NCBI GenBank assembly: GCA_016721865.1
Contig: JADKHF010000006.1
Coordinates: 4,235-68,234 of the forward strand
Reading direction: 5' to 3'
Source: Nitrosomonas sp.
Lineage (GTDB): Bacteria; Pseudomonadota; Gammaproteobacteria; Burkholderiales; Nitrosomonadaceae
DNA: 64,000 nt
Positions 11,445 to 22,939 of the stretch are shown piece by piece. How positions within the stretch are numbered: the first letter of the stretch is position 1; each line of letters opens with the position of its first letter. Position numbers and translations under genes: made by a program. The notes beneath the pieces are model-generated. The model did not search any database and was not told the DNA's origin. It saw nothing but the letters and a program-made list of their open reading frames with translations.

Positions 11445-12573
11445 TTATGATTTACTGACGATTTCTCCGCCCGCACAAAGCAATGTCCCTGCAATAATTT
11501 CATCTGAACGATCGATTTTAAGTTCACCGCTTTCTGGATCGAGCATCAAATTCAGAAAATTCATCAAGTTTCGTGCATACAATGTACTGGAATCCGCTGC
11601 CACCAATCCTGGAAGATTTGAAATGCCAATCAAATGCACGCCGTGCTTAACGACTGTCTTATCCAGTTCTGACAGGGGGCAATTGCCACCCGCCTCAACC
11701 GCCATATCCACAATCACCGAACCTGGTTTCATTGCTTGCACAGTTTGCTTCCTTGATCAGAACAGGCGCCGGACGCCCGGGAATTAATGCAGTTGTAATG
11801 ATGATATCTGCCGCAATCGCGCGTTCATGTACCAACTCGCCCTGGCGCCGCTTATAGTCATCCGACATCTCTGTTGCATAGCCGCCCGCTGTTTCAGCCC
11901 TGGTTTTTTCTTCATCACTGAGTGGCACTTCCACAAATTTGGCTCCCAGGCTTTCCACTTGTTCTTTAACTGCTGGCCGTACATCAAAAGCTTCAACCAC
12001 GGCACCCAGCCTTTTCGCAGTTGCAATTGCCTGCAAGCCAGCAACACCAGCGCCCAGAATAAGAACGCGCGCTGCTTTCACAGTACCCGCTGCCGTCATC
12101 AGCATGGGGAAGAACCGTTGATAAACGTTTGCTGCGATGATTACCGCTTTATAGCCCGCAATATTTGCCTGTGATGACAGAACGTCCATATTCTGCGCCC
12201 GAGAAATACGTGGCAATTTCTCCATCGCAAATGCAGTCAACCCGTGTTGTACCAATGCATCTACGCCGTCTTTATGGTGTGGTGACAAAAGACCCAGCAA
12301 TACAGCATCTTTACGCACCATTGTCAATTCATTGGATTCCGGGCCGCGTACCTTGAGTACAATTTGTGATTGCGCATACAACTCCGCCACATCAGTGACT
12401 ATCGTTGCACCTGCTTCTTGATAGGCTGAGTCCGGTATACTGGCGCCTGCACCAGCACCTGACTGCACTGAAACCTTATGAACACCCTTGGCAGTATATT
12501 TTTTCACGGTCTCCGGTGTAGCCGCCACACGCGTTTCTCCGCCGCGAATCTCTGCTGGTATGCCTATATGCAT
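11445..12573 (-). CDS. pntA: NAD(P) transhydrogenase alpha subunit part 1 (frameshift near 11745)
   Basis: ETRVAATPE, GAGVAGLQA, TTALIPG, MKPGSVIVDMAVEAGGNC across two frames. Confidence 0.93.
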
Positions 12574-12910
12574 TGATGATCTCCCTTTTCTTGCCAACCT
12601 GCTTGCAAATAAAAACTAAAATTGTGCTTAATTCTTTTAACGAACTGCGAATTATAAATCAATTTGCACGCAATGCATTACTTGGATTAGGAAAAACTTG
12701 ATACTGCTTGACTCTCTGGCTACTCACACAATCAATCCCGGCTAAAATAACGATGAGTGAGCCATACCAAGCACGCTGCGCATATATACTCGAATACTCG
12801 ATACATTGAGAATTTATCGTACTACTCGCAATGATGCTGAATTTTACTGCCAAAATAACGCTATCGCTGTTGCGTGTACTGTTTGTTGATTACTCAGCCG
12901 ATCGGCATAT

Positions 12911-15900
12911 TTATCCCACGTCGTTTACACAATGTCTGATCCATTGACTTGTCAACTTTTCCTGTGCCGTATTCTGACGTAAGCGCGTTGCCAATCCAGG
13001 AAAATCAACCTGATCCAGCGGTTGATCCTGATTAAAACAGGAAAACACGTAAGTGATTTTTCCAGTTTCCGGATCCTGATGCGGTTGCAGGCACTGCGCA
13101 CAAATTTCCTTCATCATGCACTGCATCGGAGAGTTAATTGAACCAATGGCAAAATGATCTGCTTTTAAGTAAGGCTTCAATTGGTTATGACGCGCCAGGC
13201 CTACTGCGGCCATCATGCGGTCTGAACCAATCGCGATAATATGATCGGCATCAGCCAACGCTACCGGTTGCACGCCTAATTCACCGCTGGCATAAGCAAC
13301 CATGGCTTTTACGATATTACCCACGTAGCTTTTATCCTGTGGACGTGTTGCTTCAAAGCCTGGGGATTCATCACTGCACCAAACAACAATATCCGCTGCC
13401 GCTTCGATTTCAGCTACTTTATAGCGATCAACCAGCTTTTTGTAGCCGGCAAAATACAAAACCTTTGATCCTGCTGCACGTGCGGCTGCCCCAATGGAAA
13501 ATAGTACCGCGTTACCCAAACCGCCACCCACCAGCACTACGGTTTTACCCGCTGGAATTTCTGTTGGCGTGCCGGTGGGGCCCATCAATACAACCGGCTC
13601 GCCCGGTTTCAATAACGCGCACAGATTAGACGACCCGCCCATTTCCAAAACAATGAGTGAAACCAAGCCGCGTTCAATATCCACGGATGCGCCTGTCAGC
13701 GCAAGTCCTTCCATCGCTAAGCCGGGTATCTCCGGCAACTGTTGCCAGCGCTGCATAGTTCTGGAACCGGTAAAACTGGCCCGGTTGAAAATGTTCAGCC
13801 GCCATCGGGCATGCACAACCACTTCGACAATATTAGGGGGCAAGTCTTTCTACTTTTATAAACGGTTGGACGCAATTGTTTGTTCAATGCCGCAAAAAAT
13901 TGCTGCGCTGATTGTTTCGATACCGGATTCACACGCTCTAACACTCGGTTCACTACCGGATAACCCTGCTTGGCACTGGACATCGCTTTCACTACGTTAC
14001 CTGAATAAGATGGATGCAAATCACCGAAGAAACTGATGAAACGACCATCCTGGTTATCTTTGTAGCGGCTCAGCAACACCAATGGTGTCTCAGGTTTGGG
14101 ATTGGCATACGCCGGCTGCACCGGATTGCCTTCTTCGTCGCAAGCCGCAAAATAACGGCCATTTAGTTTAAATTGTTTGTCATCCTCCCGCGCCAACACC
14201 GTATTAGGCTGAGTTCCCGCAGCAACCAGCAAGGCACGCGCCGGTAATTCCACTTCGCCAGCATCATGCCACTGTCCAGTTTCATCCCGCTTCTGCACCG
14301 AAAACCGTACCGATTGCGTATGCCCCCAAGCATCCACATTGACCCGCACCGGTGTCATACCTTCGGCAAACCAAATACCTTCTTCAAGAGCCTTTTCAAC
14401 TTCTTCATGATTCAACGTATAGGAAGGGCTATCTGTCAGCCGTTTCCGATAAGCTATGGTTGCGCCCCCCCAGGATTGCAGCAAATTGATAATGCCCGGC
14501 GTCCTTCCTTCCTGTTGCGCAGCCTGGCGTTCCGCTCGAATGGCTCGTGCATGACTCATGAATTCATCAGCGATCTCTTTTTCTTCAGCATCCCAAGCTT
14601 CACAAACAGCAGCTTCCCCTTTCACTGCGGATAGAATTTCATAGCGCTGTAAAAATTTTTCCACCTGTAGCGGGTAATAGGCGAGCGCCTCAGTCGCCGT
14701 ATCGATAGCCGTTAAACCGCCACCAATCACCACCACCGGCAAGCGTAACTGCATATTGGCAATGGAATCACTCTGTGCAGCACCTGTTAATTGTAGCCCC
14801 ATCAGAAAATCCGATGCCGCACGCACGCCTCGCGCCAATCCATTCGGCAAATCCAACACGGTAGGGCGTCCGGCGCCCGCTGCCAGGGCAACATGATCAA
14901 AACCCATGGCAAATGCATTATCGGCCGTCAGGGTGCCGCCAAAACGCACTCCTCCGAACAAGGCAAACTCTTCTCTTCGCTCCAGTAGCAGACGGATCAG
15001 TTTCAAAAAGTTTTTATTCCAGCGCACGGTAATCCCATATTCAGCCACACCACCAAAACCAACTGGCGTGCGCTGATCCAGATTCTCTTCTAATGTACTG
15101 GCATGCAGAATCGCTTTAAATGGCACGCGCTCGCCCTGCGGATTAACACCCGAGATCTCTTCGGCCAGCGGTTCGATCTTAAGTCCATCAATTCCCACCA
15201 CAGTATGGCCTTCATTCATCAAGTGATGCGCCAGCGTATAACCGGCAGGCCCCATTCCGACAACCAGAACCTTGCGGCCAGATGCCGGTTTCGGTAGCGG
15301 CCGGCGCAGATTCAGTGGATTCCAGCGTGTCAGTAAGCTATAGATCTCAAATCCCCATGGCAGAGCCAACACATCTTTCAGCGTACGTGTTTCGGCTTGC
15401 GGAATATCAACAGGCTCCTGCTTTTGATAAATGCAGGATTTCATGCAGTCATTACAAATGCGGTGACCGGTGCCGGCGCACATCGGATTATCCAGCACAA
15501 TCATCGCCAGACTACCCACTGCGACGCCTTGCGTCTTGAGTTTGTGAAATTCGGAAATACGTTCTTCCAATGGACAGCCTGCCAACAAAGCGCCCAACTC
15601 ACTTCTCTTGAAGGTAGGCGGTTCATCCGGTGACTTGGATTTTTGTATTAAACCTTTGGAACACGAATCCTTACCTTGCTCATGGCACCAGATACAATAA
15701 TTGGCTTCATCCAGCGCACCCATTAAATCAGTACCGGTGTCGGTCAAAGCAAAGCCGTTACGTTCACGCAAATGCCCAAGCCGATGCACGCGGTATCCTG
15801 CTGATTCATCCGTATCCAGCGACAATAAATGTTGAAAATCTAATTTCGCTGGTGACTTGAATAAAATTCCATGCTGCGTATGCTGTTGTCCGGCAGATGT

Positions 15901-16467
15901 CCTCAGTGCCCAAGCCGCATAGTGCAACGCCTTGTTCAACCGTGACTCATTCTCGGCTTCTACCTCCATCCATTGAGTCACTTTGGTGGCGAAAACCAAT
16001 TCTGAGAAGACTTCACCAAATTCTGCCGACAGTTCTTTCTCCAGCGCCAAGCCATCTATGGCGATCAATTCTTCATCGCTGACTTTTCCTCTGGCCCGCC
16101 GCTGAACAAATTGCCGTTTACAAAAATACAGCGGAGCCAGCTCATGATGCTTTTCAGCCAACTGCTGCACATCAGTCTCAATGTTAAACAAACGGGCAAT
16201 AAAATCTTCCAGCCAAGGTGCAATCTCAATCAATAGTGCCGAATCATCTTTGGGTAGCAATTCATCGGGATGTGCTCGCGCATACTCCAGCTTTTTATAC
16301 AGCGCTTCATCGCCGGTACGGAGAAAATCCAGAAATATTTGATCCAGTTTTACCAGACCACTACGACGATAGAGATCGGTAATTGTGAAGCCAAAGTTAA
16401 AATTCGATGAAGCTGTCATTGTTTCTTGTTGAGTGTGCGGCGTGGCATCTATTTTTGTCATAATCAA
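12911..16467 (-). CDS. Large FAD/Fe-S oxidoreductase: GltD/NfnB-like domain fused to a PyrK/NfnA-like domain (frameshifts near 13840-13858)
   Basis: CIWCH..DSC..GCP and CAGTGHRICNDCMKSC clusters; GMGPAG and GGGLTAID dinucleotide motifs; C-terminal GPTG, GGGLG and MQCMMKEICAQC..FSC 2Fe-2S motif. Confidence 0.8.
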
Positions 16468-16570
16468 TCATTCAAAATTTTATTATTTATTTCTGACACC
16501 AGTACATGTCGTTATTATTTCTGATAATACTTGCAGCCACTGTTAGCAATTGGTGCATAGCATTGCATCT

Positions 16571-16680
16571 TTATCCTTGCTTGTGATTTATTTTTCCATA
16601 ATCAAATAGCCGTTTGATAAATTCATCCGGCGGTATGGGTTCTGAAAAAATATCCCTGAATATCCTCACAGCCAAGCGCT
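16571..16680 (-). pseudogene. C-terminal remnant of an EAL (c-di-GMP phosphodiesterase) domain
   Basis: Manual translation ALGCEDIQGYF(F) then SEPIPPDEFIKRL across a T-run frameshift, matching the EAL GCDxxQGYxFSxP tail; no upstream part present. Confidence 0.65.
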
Positions 16681-16702
16681 GCTGCCGATTCGTTCTTATC
16701 CT

Positions 16703-17979
16703 CTATGCAAGGGAAATCATACCGGCTGCGACCGTATTATTACTGCTTTCATCAATGATGATAAAACACCCGGTCGCACGATTATGTGCATAGTCGTCGC
16801 AAACAATCGGCAACTGCACTTTCAGTCCAACATGGGCAATATCATTCATATTTAAAGTATTCACTGTTTCATGATCCAGGGTATTCACATCCACACGATA
16901 ATCAATCCGGCTTATGATTGCTTTAACAACGCGAGTTGTATGTTTGATCAGATACTTCCGGCTGGGATCAAGCGGTTGTTCGGAAAGCCAGCATACCATC
17001 GCATCAAACGCTTTACTAATCCGAGGTGTGTCGCCTGTTTTCACCAGCATATCGCCACGTGAGATATCTAAATGATCTTCGATGGTCAAGGTGATGGATT
17101 GAGGAGCACTCGCTTCATCAATGGGTCCCTCGTACCTGAGTATTTCTTTGATGCGCGAAGTTAAACCTGATGGAAGAAGTGTGACATTGTCGCCTACTCG
17201 CATGGAACCTGATTCAATTCGTCCCATATAACCACGAAAATCATGTAATTCCTTAGTTTGTGGCCGACACACCCACTGCACAGGAAAACGAAAATCGTCA
17301 CGATTGATATCGTCCTCGATCGATACATTTTCCAGTAAATCCATCAGCGTGGAATTTTGATACCAATTGAGATGATCACCCCGTTCAACTACCATGTCCC
17401 CATTAAGCGCTGACATGGGAATATAGGTAATATTATGCAACTTGAGGTTTTCAGCAAAAGCGGCAAAGTCCTTGCAAATGCGCTCAAATACCGACTGAGA
17501 ATAATCCACCAGATCCATCTTGTTCACGGCCACAACCAGATGAGGAATCCCCACCAGACTTGTCAGGTACGCATGACGGCGCGATTGCGTAAGCACGCCC
17601 TTACGTGCATCAATCAGAATAATCGCCAGATTGGCAGTCGATGCGCCTGTTACCATATTGCGCGTATATTGCTCATGGCCTGGCGTATCGGCAATGATAA
17701 ATTTGCGTTTGGGTGTCGCGAAGTAACGATAAGCCACATCGATGGTTATCCCCTGCTCGCGCTCGGCCTGTAACCCGTCAGTGAGCAAGGACAAATCGAC
17801 ACCTTCCGAACCACGCTTACGTGTCGTGTTGGTAATGGAGGTTAACTGATCCTCAAAAATAGACTTTGAGTCATGCAGTAAGCGGCCAATCAAAGTACTC
17901 TTACCGTCATCCACACTACCGGCTGTAATAAAGCGTAATAACCCGGTTTGATCAAACAAAATTTTTCAATTGCCGACAT
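16703..17979 (-). CDS. cysN: Sulfate adenylyltransferase subunit 1 (apparent homopolymer frameshift just after ATG 17979)
   Basis: GSVDDGKSTLIGRLL, EREQGITIDVAYRYF, DTPGHEQY, NKMD; no fused APS kinase. Confidence 0.95.
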
Positions 17980-18080
17980 TTATGAGCCTTCTGGAAATTC
18001 GTATCACCGAAAAATATAGGAATAATTAGTTTGGAATAGTTGAGCCGGTTCATTCAATCACCACTGCTTATGCGCCAATG

Positions 18081-18986
18081 TTAGAAGTATCCTTCTTTCT
18101 TACGCAATTCCATGGATGCATCTGATGTCTGATCGTCCATGCGGGTAGCGCCACGTTCAGTAATTCTCGTCAGTGCTGTCTCTGCAATAATTTCATCAAC
18201 ATTAGCAGCATCAGATTCCACTGGACAAGTGCAACTCATATCACCCACGGTGCGGAAACGCACCGTCATTTGTTCAATTCTTTCGCCCCCTTGCGGTTGC
18301 ACCAGATGTGAAACAGGCAACAAACCTGTTGCACGACGGATCACCTCGCGCGTGTGCGCAAAATAAATCTTGGGTACTTCCAGATTCTCACGTGAGATAT
18401 ATTCCCAAACATCCAATTCAGTCCAGTTACTGATTGGAAATACACGGATATTCTCGCCGGGATGTGTTCGGGTATTATAAATATCCCATAACTCAGGACG
18501 CTGATTTTTTGGATCCCATTGGCCAAACTCATCGCGGAAAGAAAAGATCCGTTCTTTGGCACGCGCTTTTTCTTCATCCCGGCGTGCGCCACCGATACAA
18601 GCATCAAATTTAAATTCTGCAATGGCATCCAGCAACGTCACCGATTGAAAAGCGTTACGACTCTGATTCTCTGAACGCAGCACCACTCTGCCCTTTTTAA
18701 TCGAGTCTTCCATACTGCGCACGATCAATCGCTCACCCAACTCTTTGACGCGATGATCACGAAATTCGATGACTTCAGGGAAGTTATGTTCGGTATCAAT
18801 ATGCATCAGGGGAAATGGGAAACGACCGGGACGAAATGCCTTTTCAGCCAAACGCAACAAAACAATGGAATCCTTGCCACCTGAGAACAGCAAAACCGGA
18901 TTGGCACATTCCGCCGCTACTTCGCGCATAATATGGATTGCTTCACTCTCCAGCGCATCAAGATGGGTAAAGGGATGGTTATTCAT
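18081..18986 (-). CDS. cysD: Sulfate adenylyltransferase subunit 2
   Basis: LFSGGKDS, GARRDEEKARAKER, RFRTVGD, KKEGYF. Confidence 0.97.
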   Translation of the reverse strand: MNNHPFTHLDALESEAIHIMREVAAECANPVLLFSGGKDSIVLLRLAEKAFRPGRFPFPLMHIDTEHNFPEVIEFRDHRVKELGERLIVRSMEDSIKKGRVVLRSENQSRNAFQSVTLLDAIAEFKFDACIGGARRDEEKARAKERIFSFRDEFGQWDPKNQRPELWDIYNTRTHPGENIRVFPISNWTELDVWEYISRENLEVPKIYFAHTREVIRRATGLLPVSHLVQPQGGERIEQMTVRFRTVGDMSCTCPVESDAANVDEIIAETALTRITERGATRMDDQTSDASMELRKKEGYF

Positions 18987-19068
18987 TTTCTTTCTCTCAA
19001 CACTTAGTTTAAGCAAAAAAACTGGACACTTTGCCCGCAAAAAATCATGGCGTTGTTATCAATGACGC

Positions 19069-19767
19069 CTACTTCAATGGAATAATCTTGCCGGTATGCA
19101 ATCCACATTCTTTAGTTTCCGGTGTCTCCCACCACCAGCGACCGGAACGGATATCTTCACCCGGTGTAATCGCACGCGTGCAAGGTGCGCAGCCGATACT
19201 GGGATAAAACTTATCATGCAATTTGTTATAAGGCACTTCATTTTGCTTTAGATATTTCCAGACCTCTGCGTTAGACCATTCCAGCAACGGATTCACCTTT
19301 TGCAGACGATTGTCCATATCATAAGCAGACACTTTCAAGCTCAGCCGACTGGCCGCCTGCTCATGCCTAATCCCGGTCACCCAGGCACTTTTACCATATA
19401 AAGCACGGCGTAGTGGTTCTACCTTACGAATATGACAACATGCCTTACGCAACTCGATGCTCTGATAGAAACCATTGACGCCATTCTCGGCCACATAGGC
19501 CTCAACTTGTTTTACATTGGGAAAATAGATGCGCAGCGTCGTTTTGTAGCGTTCCCGCACTGTCTGCATCAAATCATAGGTTTCTTGCGGCAAGCGCCCG
19601 GTATCCAGACTGAACATATCAATAGCGAGTTGATGCCGATTAATGATATCAGTCAGTACCATGTCCTCTGCACCCAGGCTGTTTGCAAATATGACCGGTG
19701 CAAAGTCGCGCACTGTTTCGGTCAGAATTGCAACAACCTGCTCAATTTTTTCTTGCAACTCACTCAT
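19069..19767 (-). CDS. cysH: APS reductase (4Fe-4S type CysH)
   Basis: CCHIRKVEPL, SIGCAPCT, RSGRWWWE, ECGLH. Confidence 0.93.
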   Translation of the reverse strand: MSELQEKIEQVVAILTETVRDFAPVIFANSLGAEDMVLTDIINRHQLAIDMFSLDTGRLPQETYDLMQTVRERYKTTLRIYFPNVKQVEAYVAENGVNGFYQSIELRKACCHIRKVEPLRRALYGKSAWVTGIRHEQAASRLSLKVSAYDMDNRLQKVNPLLEWSNAEVWKYLKQNEVPYNKLHDKFYPSIGCAPCTRAITPGEDIRSGRWWWETPETKECGLHTGKIIPLK

Positions 19768-20293
19768 TAACCATGTCCGCTGCTGAATTTCCCTTGCGCG
19801 GCACTCGCCGGAATAATGGCAGTTTGTGATCAAAAGAAGTTTGATAAACTTCGGAAAAATCGGTCAGTCCCTTTAATGCGTCTTCAATGTTACGATCCGA
19901 ACGTATTGCAAAGGCATCAAAACCCACGCGCTGCATATAAAATAATTGATCACGCAACACATCACCGATAGCCCGCAATTCCCCCGTATATCCGAGACGC
20001 GCCCGCAGGTTATAGGCTATTGAATAACCGCGGCCATCCGAGAATTTTGGAAAATCAACTGCAATCACAGAAAATCTGTTTAAATCGTCTTTCAAATCCT
20101 CCGGCCGCTCAGCACTGCTCAGCCACACACCTATTTCAGCGCGTTGCTGCAATGCATCACGTTGCTGTAGCCACACTTGCAATGGAACAATCATCTTACC
20201 TTCCGGAACCGCTACATTTTCAGCTGACTCCTGTTCATTTAAACGTAGAACAATCCAATCATCCGCAACGATTGTTTTATTTTTTATTATCAT
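19760..20293 (-). CDS. DUF934 family protein
   Basis: IAVDFPKFSDGRGYS, GELRAIGDVLRDQ, RVGFDAF; typical position downstream of cysI. Confidence 0.9.
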   Translation of the reverse strand: MIIKNKTIVADDWIVLRLNEQESAENVAVPEGKMIVPLQVWLQQRDALQQRAEIGVWLSSAERPEDLKDDLNRFSVIAVDFPKFSDGRGYSIAYNLRARLGYTGELRAIGDVLRDQLFYMQRVGFDAFAIRSDRNIEDALKGLTDFSEVYQTSFDHKLPLFRRVPRKGNSAADMVNE

Positions 20294-20298
20294 CTTGA

Positions 20299-22041
20299 CT
20301 AAAACCTTGGCGAATAATAAGGAACTGAATATTGCGCAGGAACAACAACATGTTTATCGACAATTTCTTCTTCCTCTACCACAAAATCCGTCGCATACAC
20401 ATGCTCTTTAAAAGGCACATGACCAATACGGCGTACTGTATCAATAAAGCTTTCAGCTTCCAACCGTTCCCGCAAATAAACCTGAAGCAGACGATCGATC
20501 ACTTCGGGCACCTGGTTAAATGTAAAGGATGGACCGATAATCTTACCGATCGAACTCAGGTTACCTTCAGCACCGCCAAGCGATACCTGATACCACTCAT
20601 CGTGATCTTTCTTCTCGACCCCGGTAATGCCGATATTGCCGATATGATGCTGTCCACAGGCATTGACGCAACCCGAGATGTTCAGTGTTATCTCACCGAT
20701 ATCATGCTGAAAGTCCCAGTCTTCAAAACGCTCGGCAATCAACTGCGCCAGCGGTATGGAACGTGCGTTGGCCAGCGTACAAAACTCCGCACCCGGACAA
20801 CTGATGATATCTGTCAGCAAACCGATATTGGGCGCAGTCAGCTCATGCGCGGTTGCCTCTTGCCATAAACGAACCAAGTCCTTCTGCCGGACATCCGCCA
20901 AAACCAGGTTTTGTTTATGCGTGACGCGTAATTCTCCAAAACTATAGCGCTCCGCCAAATCTGCGATTGCATCCATTTGCTCAGCCGTAGCATCACCGGG
21001 AGCATTTCCTGGTTTCTTCAATGACAAAACGACAATCGCGTAACCTGGGACACGATGCGCTTTAACATTACGTAACATCCAGTTGGAGAATGAACGACTA
21101 TCCGCTTTGAATTCATTCAGTTGCGAATCATGATCGGTTAGTTTTTCATAATCCGGATCAGTAAAGAACGTAGCAACGCGATTGACTTCCTCAATGGTTA
21201 AAGTACCGTGGCCATCCTTGAGATCCGCCCAATCGGCTTCAACTTGACGTTTAAACTCATCAATCCCTAACGCCTTTACCAGTATCTTGATACGCGCTTT
21301 GTATTTATTATCACGGCGTCCATATTGGTTATAAATTCTCAAAATGGATTCTACATACGTCAAGATATGCTGCCAGGGTACAAATTCACAAATCTCACTG
21401 CCAATGATCGGTGTACGCCCCAAACCTCCCCCCACCAGTACCCGGAAACCAACTTCACCCTGTGCATTTTTTGTGGCTGATAATCCAATATCATGTGCAT
21501 AGACAGCGGCACGATCTTCTTTCCCGCCACTGATAGCAATCTTGAATTTTCGCGGCAAATAGGCAAACTCCGGATGAAAAGTGCTCCACTGGCGCAGAAT
21601 CTCTGCATAGGGACGTGGGTCTACCACTTCATCCTGAGCCACACCAGCGAATTCATCCGATGTAATATTGCGCACGCAGTTACCGGATGTCTGGATGGCA
21701 TGCATTTCAACCGAAGCCAGATCTGCCAAGATATCTGGAGTATCTTCCAGTTTTAGCCAATTAAACTGGATATTTTGGCGTGTCGTAAAATGCCCGTAAC
21801 CACGATCATATTTGCGTGCAATATGGGCAAACATGCGCATCTGCTTCGATGATATCAAGCCATAAGGCACTGCAATACGTAACATGTAGGCATGTATTTG
21901 CATATACAAACCATTTTGCAGTCGCAAAGGCAAGAATTCCTCTTCAGTCAACTCACCGGAAAGACGCCGACGTACCTGATCACGGTACTGCTTGACACGT
22001 TCATTCACTATTTGCTGATCATATTCATCATAGCGATACAT
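20299..22041 (-). CDS. cysI: Siroheme sulfite reductase hemoprotein
   Basis: RLQNGLY, HFTTRQN, LPRKFKIA, CPGAEFC and SGCVNACG siroheme/4Fe-4S ligands. Confidence 0.93.
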   Translation of the reverse strand: MYRYDEYDQQIVNERVKQYRDQVRRRLSGELTEEEFLPLRLQNGLYMQIHAYMLRIAVPYGLISSKQMRMFAHIARKYDRGYGHFTTRQNIQFNWLKLEDTPDILADLASVEMHAIQTSGNCVRNITSDEFAGVAQDEVVDPRPYAEILRQWSTFHPEFAYLPRKFKIAISGGKEDRAAVYAHDIGLSATKNAQGEVGFRVLVGGGLGRTPIIGSEICEFVPWQHILTYVESILRIYNQYGRRDNKYKARIKILVKALGIDEFKRQVEADWADLKDGHGTLTIEEVNRVATFFTDPDYEKLTDHDSQLNEFKADSRSFSNWMLRNVKAHRVPGYAIVVLSLKKPGNAPGDATAEQMDAIADLAERYSFGELRVTHKQNLVLADVRQKDLVRLWQEATAHELTAPNIGLLTDIISCPGAEFCTLANARSIPLAQLIAERFEDWDFQHDIGEITLNISGCVNACGQHHIGNIGITGVEKKDHDEWYQVSLGGAEGNLSSIGKIIGPSFTFNQVPEVIDRLLQVYLRERLEAESFIDTVRRIGHVPFKEHVYATDFVVEEEEIVDKHVVVPAQYSVPYYSPRF

Positions 22042-22132
22042 TTTTAGTTTCCCCGCATATTCAGTCAAAGACGCTTACTTTGTAAAGTATGCAACAAAAA
22101 TATCATTATTAGTCAGAAATTCAACTGCTCTT

Positions 22133-22366
22133 CTAGGAGTCTGATTGAGTGTAATGCTTGGACACAGGCAACAATAATGCCGCTTCCAAGGGGAATTTGG
22201 CACCATATTTCATAATATGGTCTACATCATCATCCTCGTCATGCCTTAATGCCATACCAATATAAGCATGTTCGCCGCTCTCACCCACCACAACACCAAC
22301 GCGCCCGCCACAACCATTAAACCATGAGACCTGTTTAGGCTTATTCTCAATATTTGTACTCATCAA
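22133..22366 (-). CDS. Small hypothetical protein upstream of cysI
   Basis: 77-aa ORF with AGGA RBS and globular-looking sequence (WFNGCGG..AYIG..DEDDDV..GAKFP). Confidence 0.65.
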   Translation of the reverse strand: MMSTNIENKPKQVSWFNGCGGRVGVVVGESGEHAYIGMALRHDEDDDVDHIMKYGAKFPLEAALLLPVSKHYTQSDS

Positions 22367-22939
22367 TCAATCCTTTGTTTCATTAATGGGAAGCTGCTGC
22401 AGCCTGTCAATGAATCAGCAACTCACCATCACAGCCCCTTATCATCCTGACACAGAACAACTTCTTAATTGTCACTTTACATTTATTGCGCATAGATCAT
22501 ACTGTACGGTTTTATTCCAACCTAAAAAAGTCAGTTTGATACCTGCCGCTGCTGGCAGAGAATATAGCAATGTTGCTATTCTATCAAAAAAGGAACCGGA
22601 ATCAATCTATGCCGTCTAATCACAAACAAAATACAATACACGCATTCACAAAGAATGATGTGAACTGGTACAGTTAGTTTCAGTGTTGGTGAGGCTGACA
22701 AAATATAAAAAATACGAGCAATAAGAACATCACAAAAAGCATTTGCTCGCTCTGACGCCTCGCTGTAGCCAATTAAGAAACCTGACACAACCTACAACCT
22801 ACAACCTAATAGGTAATTTTATTTAGTTATCTTTTTATTTCCCTTTTTTAGTCCGTAGCATCATAACAATACAATTATATAATTCAAAATAATGTTATGT
22901 TAGATCGATATAATCACTTATTATTAACAGACACGACTT

